DNA of 31,257 bases, from contig JBDGSJ010000006.1 in NCBI GenBank assembly GCA_042217585.1, forward strand, positions 1 to 31,257, given 5' to 3'. Origin of the DNA: Candidatus Nanohaloarchaea archaeon. GTDB lineage: Archaea > Nanohalarchaeota > Nanosalinia > Nanosalinales > Nanosalinaceae. The position numbers and the translations under genes are program-made. A model generated the notes under the pieces. It was not told where the DNA came from. It did not search any database and was given only the letters and a program-made list of their open reading frames with translations. Of this stretch, positions 25,308 to 31,257 are shown in pieces (within the stretch, counting starts at the first letter, position 1; each line of letters begins with the position of its first letter).

Positions 25308-28300
25308 TCACCGGAGTTCAGTCCGGTCGAGCCGGACCTGAAGTCTCTTCACCGCTGACCTCAACTCGTCAAGCTTCCGCTCGAACCTCTCCCGTGTCAC
25401 TCCTGAATAGCTGACCTTAGTCCCTCCCGAAATCACCTCACGGAAATGACCGGATGAGGACCGGAAAGACCGGACGATCCTTCCAGGTCTCTCCACGATC
25501 TTTACCCTGTAACCGTCGTTCTCGAGCACCATCCGCCGGGACGAACTCGAGGAATGGACCTCCAGCCTAGCCTCCTGGCCGTTCCAGATAGCCTCAGTAC
25601 CTCCTGGACTGACCTGGTACATCAGGCTCTGCCGGGGACCCGAGATGCTCCACCTGAACTCGCGGCCGCCTGAACTCCGGGATACACTCCCCGGACCTCT
25701 GACGCGGACCGACACATCCTTACCGTTCACACTGACCGAGGTCCTTCCCTTGCTCACCCCGATCACCGTCCATCTGATCCTGCGCTCTCCACCACTCTCC
25801 AGGACCACGGTTCTCCTGAGGTCCTCCGTCAGGCCCGGCACCAGTCCCTCACCTGTATCCAGTACCAGCTCCTTCCTGACAGCAAAGTCAGTCGGATTCT
25901 TAACCACCGCCACCACATCGCCAGAAACACCCTTCTTCAGGTCAGGGGCAAAAAGGATCACGCGAGAGGACCTGAGATCGAAGCTTCCCGAGTCCTGCGC
26001 TATCTTCTTCCTCCCGGAGATCAGGTAGGCCTCGATCCTGTGTTTTCCAGGTGAAACGGAGGGGTGTAAGACGTTCTTGCCCTCAGAAACCTTCAGCTTC
26101 CTCACAGTAGAGTTTCCATCGACAACCAGGACCAGCCTACCCCGGAAGCTTCTCTCTGAGCTGATAACCAGTTCCATTTCCCCGGAGTCTCCGGATAAGT
26201 CAAGTGTGACTGGTGCGGAGTAATTCAGGGTCAGAGAGGAGGACTCGAGGATACGGTGACCGGATCCTGTCTTCTGGACCGCTGCCTGGACGTACACGAA
26301 CCCGTCTTTCGAGAGGTTGAACCGGGAGGTCTCTCTCGGGAACCTCTGATAGCCCAGGGACCGGTTGAAGTACCTGCCGCCGTGGGAGAGAAGAGTGTTC
26401 CGTGGCAGGTCTATCTCGGCGGACCTGAAATCCTCCGAGATCTCCACGCTGTCAACCGACGCGTTCAAGGGTATCTCCCCCGACTCCACGTAGATAGGGA
26501 CCACCGGAGCCAGATCCCTGAGAAGGACGTCGCCGGTATCTAAGACGGGGAAACGGTTCCCGCCGGACCTCACCCACTCCGGTTCAGGCTCCGCGGAAAG
26601 CGTCACCGTGCAGGTGGTCCCGGAGCACTCCTTGGACCTCTCCATCCCCTTTTCCGGGACAGGGTCCTTCCTCATCTCCGGGTTCCCGTAGAGGACCGCA
26701 GAGCTCTCCATCTTTTTCCTTACACCTGTCTTCAGGGGAGTGTTCGGGTCGTAGACGAAGAAGCCCTGTCTCAGCGAGTTGACCGCTCTCCTGAGCGACT
26801 CTCCTACCCTCTTTCCGTGGAGGAAGAACCTCGCGGCGACAGGGTAAGAGTACTGGGCGTAGTTCACCGAGGAGTAGCCGATGTAGGACGCCGCTCCTCT
26901 CTCGATGAAGCTCCGCCTCATCTCGCCGCCGTAGGAACCGGCCAGGTCCGACGAATCCCAGACGATGGGCTGGTCCAGCTCCGGGACCTGGGACGGCCGG
27001 AAACTGAACGAACCCGTGTACCGGTCCTTCACCAGACTCGTATCGTTGTTCGGCAGCACCCAGGCGGTGGAGTTACCCCGACCGCCGTAGTAGACCACGT
27101 CCGACTTCTTGAGGCTGGAATTGAGGTTCTCCGGGGTGATCCTGGGATGCTTCTCCGGGAAGACGAAGGCGTACAGCAGTTTCACCGCACCGTTCTGGAC
27201 CGCCTCCCTCATCGACTCACCCTCCGCGATATCCATCTCCTCAAGCCTGTCAAAACCTTTCTCCGGGCTGAAATCGAAACCCTCCCACTGCAGCTCCAGG
27301 TACAGCTCCAGAGACTGCTCCGCGTAGCTCGCACCCTTCAGGACGATGACAGCGTTCTGGACTGAGTTCGCGGCGCTGTCAGAGATAAAACTCTTGAGCC
27401 GGTTCTTTAACGAATCAGTCTTCGAGAGGAAGGACTTCACGCTAACAGGGGTCAGGCCCAGCAGGAACTCGACCGGGCGGACCCGGTACTCGACAAGCCT
27501 CGTCGTACTGAAACCCTCCCTCTGGAGAACGTCCTCGATCTTCTTGCCATGCCACATGCCCCCGCCGGCGGCCCCCAGAATCACAGGCCAGTTGCTGTGC
27601 AGGTACTCCGCCGCCACCAGTCCCTGCTTCTCCGGATCACGGACCAGGGACGAATGGTACAGCTCCGAAGCCAGAGCCGTCTCATCCGGGTAAACCCCTA
27701 CACCCGCCTCCAGCTCACGGTCCGCCCACAGGTTACCGTACCTGAGATACGAGCTGAATCTCGAGCCGTCGCCCGGGTCCGAACCCAGCAGACCCTCCTC
27801 GACAGGATCATCCAGCCTGAACGGAGGACCTTCAAGGATCGTGACGTACCGACCCTGGAGCACCGTGTTCCTGTTATCCCCGATGATCCCGAACACGGTC
27901 TGGATCCGGTCCTTCAGGACCTCAGGGTCCTCCGAGTACTGGACCGGGAGAGCACCCTGCCTCGCCGCCATGTACGACGCCAGCACCCCGGAATCAGAAC
28001 TGAGGTCCGCCGCCACGACGTGGTTCGGCCTGAACTCTTCGATGAACATCTCCCGGATCTCAGAAAGAGACCGGTCCGTGAAATCCCTGTAATCGCCCCG
28101 CGGCTCGAACACCAGGGAAGCGTTCCTCTCAGCAGCCAGAGGAGCAAGAAGAACAGCCTTCCTCCTCGACTCCACATAAAACCTCTTCTCACGCGGAAAA
28201 CTTCCGTCCAGGTCCACCCTCTCCAGACCGGTCACATCACCGACCCCCACAGGCTCACCAGCCCTTACAGCCTCCTCACGGACCTCACCGTACCGATCCG

Positions 28301-29429
28301 CAACAAAAGAAGTCCCATTCAGAGCCACAGCCTTCAACATCTCCCGCCCCGAACCAACAAAAACGGTCCGGTCCAGCGACTGATTCACCGTCTCAGGACC
28401 ACCCAGATCCAGATCATACACCTTCACCGCCCGGTCCGTCGCCACCGCCAGCTCATACTCCCGGTCCCCATCGTAATCAGTGAACCTGGGTTTGGCGACC
28501 GAATCGATTTTTCTGGTGAGAATTTTCTCTCCAGACTCCCTGAATACGGAAACATTTTCTTCCTGGATCGCCGCGAAAATATCTCTTTCAGGATGAAACT
28601 TCATCCGGGAAATCTGGCTACTAAGTTCGGAGATTTTCTCTGAAGTTCCGCTCAAAATATCTGTCCTGAACAGAGCTTCTCCAGTGGAGGAAAAGACTCG
28701 ACCTTCTTTCAGGGATAGGATTTTTCCTTCCGTTTCTATCCTGGATTTCTTAGTCAGGTTTTCATCCAGCGAGTATACGGAGTTTTTAGCTAACAGTAGA
28801 AGTTGACCGGAGGAACTTCTCAGTTCTACTCGGCCTGAACCAGCTCTGTTCTTCTTGATAAGCTCTCCATTCTGAGTGAGGACCGCGACTCTGCCCTGAA
28901 AGCTTCCCAGTAAAACCTCATTTCCTTCGCGGGATGATAGGTTCTGGAAGTCAGTAACGAAATAAAGAGAGCCGGGAGTATCAATCCTGCCGAGAAGATC
29001 TCCTGATATCCGGTATATACCCATCGAGCGACCGGCTCCAGCCACAAAAACCCTGCTATCTGAGATGAATGAAGCGCTATCCACCGAATGCGGAAGTTCT
29101 CTGCTGAAAACTTTCTGACCTGAAGATATGACTGAAAACTCTTCACCTGCAAACTTTGTCCCTGTCAAGAAGTAGTTCGTTCGGTTGATCTGTCTGTAAT
29201 CGATGGGGAAAGCGGCTTCACCTGGAGGATTAAATGTACGGTTCCTGATATTGCTGTAGAAGTTGATTGAATGTCTGGTATTAATCACGGAACTGAAATT
29301 TCCTTTTTTGGATACTTCATAAGTTCTTAAATCGTCTTCTAATCTATAGCTGTCTAAAAGATTGAATTGAGAAGAAATACCGGCAGGCAGGATTGCAAAC
29401 AGTATAAGGACCGCAAATAATTTTTTCAT
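25308..29429 (-). CDS. Large secreted protein: beta-propeller-like N-terminus, gingipain (peptidase C25)-like domain lacking the catalytic dyad, C25-propeptide-like and beta-rich C-terminal domains
   Basis: Sec signal MKKLFAVLILFAILPAG; DYDGDREYELAV FG-GAP-like motif; VYYGGRGNSTAW, PIVWDSSDLAG, FIERGAASYIG, VGESL, VLYGNP in C25 order. Confidence 0.72.
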   Translation of the reverse strand: MKKLFAVLILFAILPAGISSQFNLLDSYRLEDDLRTYEVSKKGNFSSVINTRHSINFYSNIRNRTFNPPGEAAFPIDYRQINRTNYFLTGTKFAGEEFSVISSGQKVFSRELPHSVDSASFISDSRVFVAGAGRSMGIYRISGDLLGRIDTPGSLYFVTDFQNLSSREGNEVLLGSFQGRVAVLTQNGELIKKNRAGSGRVELRSSSGQLLLLAKNSVYSLDENLTKKSRIETEGKILSLKEGRVFSSTGEALFRTDILSGTSEKISELSSQISRMKFHPERDIFAAIQEENVSVFRESGEKILTRKIDSVAKPRFTDYDGDREYELAVATDRAVKVYDLDLGGPETVNQSLDRTVFVGSGREMLKAVALNGTSFVADRYGEVREEAVRAGEPVGVGDVTGLERVDLDGSFPREKRFYVESRRKAVLLAPLAAERNASLVFEPRGDYRDFTDRSLSEIREMFIEEFRPNHVVAADLSSDSGVLASYMAARQGALPVQYSEDPEVLKDRIQTVFGIIGDNRNTVLQGRYVTILEGPPFRLDDPVEEGLLGSDPGDGSRFSSYLRYGNLWADRELEAGVGVYPDETALASELYHSSLVRDPEKQGLVAAEYLHSNWPVILGAAGGGMWHGKKIEDVLQREGFSTTRLVEYRVRPVEFLLGLTPVSVKSFLSKTDSLKNRLKSFISDSAANSVQNAVIVLKGASYAEQSLELYLELQWEGFDFSPEKGFDRLEEMDIAEGESMREAVQNGAVKLLYAFVFPEKHPRITPENLNSSLKKSDVVYYGGRGNSTAWVLPNNDTSLVKDRYTGSFSFRPSQVPELDQPIVWDSSDLAGSYGGEMRRSFIERGAASYIGYSSVNYAQYSYPVAARFFLHGKRVGESLRRAVNSLRQGFFVYDPNTPLKTGVRKKMESSAVLYGNPEMRKDPVPEKGMERSKECSGTTCTVTLSAEPEPEWVRSGGNRFPVLDTGDVLLRDLAPVVPIYVESGEIPLNASVDSVEISEDFRSAEIDLPRNTLLSHGGRYFNRSLGYQRFPRETSRFNLSKDGFVYVQAAVQKTGSGHRILESSSLTLNYSAPVTLDLSGDSGEMELVISSERSFRGRLVLVVDGNSTVRKLKVSEGKNVLHPSVSPGKHRIEAYLISGRKKIAQDSGSFDLRSSRVILFAPDLKKGVSGDVVAVVKNPTDFAVRKELVLDTGEGLVPGLTEDLRRTVVLESGGERRIRWTVIGVSKGRTSVSVNGKDVSVRVRGPGSVSRSSGGREFRWSISGPRQSLMYQVSPGGTEAIWNGQEARLEVHSSSSSRRMVLENDGYRVKIVERPGRIVRSFRSSSGHFREVISGGTKVSYSGVTRERFERKLDELRSAVKRLQVRLDRTELR

Positions 29430-29469
29430 GCTAAGGCTAAAAAGGGTTCTGCTTTAAATATATACGGTT

Positions 29470-30612
29470 ATGAGGCTGGCGCTGTATCACGCGTGGATCC
29501 ACACTAAGGGCGGTGGAGAGAAGGTCCTGCTGGAGCTGCTGGAGAAGAGCGAGCACGATATCACGGTCTTCACCAGCAAGTACGTCCCGGAGGACACCTT
29601 CGACGAGTTCGAGGACCACGACGTCAGAGTGATAGGGAACATACCGATCTTCGGCGAGGTCCTGAGAGGCGCGAGCTTCGCGCTCGGAGCATTTCTGACC
29701 AAGCTGCCGATGGAGGAATTTGACGCCCTTGTGGTATCGACCGGCGGCGTGGCCGAGGTGATCAACTACAGGAACCACGGGAAACCGGTCCTGGGGTTCT
29801 GCCACACGCCTCTGAGGGTGGCCCACGACCCGGACATATACGAGAGAAAGATGAAGGAGTCAGGACCTCTGAAGAAGCTTTTCTACAGGACCGCTGTGAA
29901 GATCTACAAGGCGATCGAGCGGCCGGCCTGGAGATACTTCGACCACGTAATGTTCAACTCGGAGACGACGAAGAAAAGGGCGCTGAGCTCCGGCCTGGTG
30001 GAAGAGGAAAGGACCTCGGTGAACCACCCGGGCGCGGATACATCGGGCAATGAGCCCGGAGAGTACGAGAAATACTTCTTCTATCCCTCCAGGTTCGCTT
30101 ACTACAAGAGACAGGAACTGGCGATCGAGGCTTACAGGGAGTTCCGCCAGAGGAACCCGGAGACAGATTTCAGGCTCGTCATCGCCGGCGGCGTCAACGA
30201 GGAGAAAAAAGAGTACTTCGAGGAGATAAAGGAGAAGGCTTCGGAGGTCGAAGGCGTCGAAGTCCGGTCCAACGTCCCCGGCGACGAATGGGAGGAGCTG
30301 TACAGGAACTGCTACTCGGTCCTTTTCTGCGCGATGAACGAGGACTGGGGGATAATCCCGATCGAGGCGGGAAGCTACGAGAAACCGATCATATCCGTCG
30401 ATGAAGGAGGTCCCACCGAATCGATAGTCGACGGCGAGACAGGGATCCTCGCGGAGGCCGAACCTGGTGCGTTCGCGGACGCGATGGAAGAGCTCGCCGG
30501 GGAACCGGAGAAAGCCAGGGAAATGGGTAAAAACGGGAAGGAAGAATCAAAGAGATACAGCTGGGAAAAATTCGTGGAAAAATTCGACGAAAAGGTCCGG
30601 GAAAATGCCTGA
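29470..30612 (+). CDS. Glycosyltransferase family 4 (GT-B)
   Basis: GGGEKV, CHTP, SRFAYYKRQELAIEA, NEDWGIIPIEAG (EX7E), GGPTESIVDGETG. Confidence 0.93.
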   Translation: MRLALYHAWIHTKGGGEKVLLELLEKSEHDITVFTSKYVPEDTFDEFEDHDVRVIGNIPIFGEVLRGASFALGAFLTKLPMEEFDALVVSTGGVAEVINYRNHGKPVLGFCHTPLRVAHDPDIYERKMKESGPLKKLFYRTAVKIYKAIERPAWRYFDHVMFNSETTKKRALSSGLVEEERTSVNHPGADTSGNEPGEYEKYFFYPSRFAYYKRQELAIEAYREFRQRNPETDFRLVIAGGVNEEKKEYFEEIKEKASEVEGVEVRSNVPGDEWEELYRNCYSVLFCAMNEDWGIIPIEAGSYEKPIISVDEGGPTESIVDGETGILAEAEPGAFADAMEELAGEPEKAREMGKNGKEESKRYSWEKFVEKFDEKVRENA

Positions 30613-31257
30613 GAAAGTAGCACTGGTCTGCACCGTCTACAACGAAGGCAGCGAATCCATGGAGGAGCTTCTGGAATCGGTCCTGGACCAGAGCCGGAGG
30701 CCGGACGAAGCCATATTCGTCGACGCAGGATCCGAAGACGGCACACAGGAAACGATAAGGGAATACGCCGAGGACCACGACTGGATAGAACTGATCGTGG
30801 AGGAGGGATGCAACATCGCCGAGGGCAGGAACATCGGGGTCCAGAACACCGACGCAGAGATAATAGCCACGACCGACGGCGGCTGCGTGCTCGACGAGAA
30901 CTGGCTGGAAAACCTGCTGGAAAACTTCCCTGAAGCCGACATCTCCGCAGGAGTATGGAAACCGAAGACCGACGGCTCAAGATTCAAAGAGGTCCTAGCA
31001 GTCCTCGAAACACCCGACCCCGAAAAGTTGCCGGAGGACTGGCCGCCCAGCTCCCGCTCCCAGGCATTCAAGAGAAAAGCATGGGAAGAAGTCGGAGGAT
31101 ACCCCGAGGACCTCTACACTGCCGAAGACACAGAATACAACCGGAGGCTGAAAGAAGCAGGATTCAACTATCGAATCGCCAGGGACGCCTTCGTCTACTG
31201 GGAGATGAGAGACTCGCTGAAAGAGGTCTGGGACCAGTACAAACTGTACGGGAAGGG
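30605..31257 (+). CDS. Glycosyltransferase family 2 (GT-A), truncated at the window edge; not in ORF track
   Basis: MPEKVALVCTVYNEG...FVDAGSEDGT...NIAEGRNIGV...TTDGGC...VGGYPE...AEDTEY; overlaps the GT4 stop. Confidence 0.92.
   Translation, partial: MPEKVALVCTVYNEGSESMEELLESVLDQSRRPDEAIFVDAGSEDGTQETIREYAEDHDWIELIVEEGCNIAEGRNIGVQNTDAEIIATTDGGCVLDENWLENLLENFPEADISAGVWKPKTDGSRFKEVLAVLETPDPEKLPEDWPPSSRSQAFKRKAWEEVGGYPEDLYTAEDTEYNRRLKEAGFNYRIARDAFVYWEMRDSLKEVWDQYKLYGK

Noticed and set aside
1..31257. CRISPR array, transposase, integrase, reverse transcriptase, rRNA or tRNA
   Set aside because: No repeat-spacer array or diagnostic motifs found by manual reading; short or divergent elements could have been missed.

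Overview
Chromosomal segment of a halophilic archaeon. High-GC DNA, a strongly acidic proteome, very tight gene packing and apparently leaderless promoters make a Nanohaloarchaeota/DPANN origin likely (inference, not a database result). The right half holds a replication origin (three ORB elements, about 24886-25297) next to orc1/cdc6, DP1 and DP2 (DNA polymerase D). These are followed on the same strand by a CBS+Zn-ribbon gene, three translationally coupled paralogs of an uncharacterised family, DUF167 and archaeal dnaG. Across the origin lie a 1373-aa secreted, apparently catalytically dead gingipain(C25)-like protein and GT4/GT2 glycosyltransferases. The left half is mostly accessory or unknown genes: a partial ArsR regulator with a clear operator, an ABC-2 exporter, an atypical kinase, a 977-aa protein with two DP1-like phosphoesterase domains and a coiled coil, a DUF4382 lipoprotein, a PD-(D/E)xK nuclease, a Na/Pi symporter, a PH+SHOCT protein, an Hsp20-like fusion, and an Lrp regulator divergent from a 39-aa half-LIM-like zinc finger missed by the ORF track. 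No rRNA, tRNA, CRISPR array or transposase was recognised. All family calls come from motifs read by eye.
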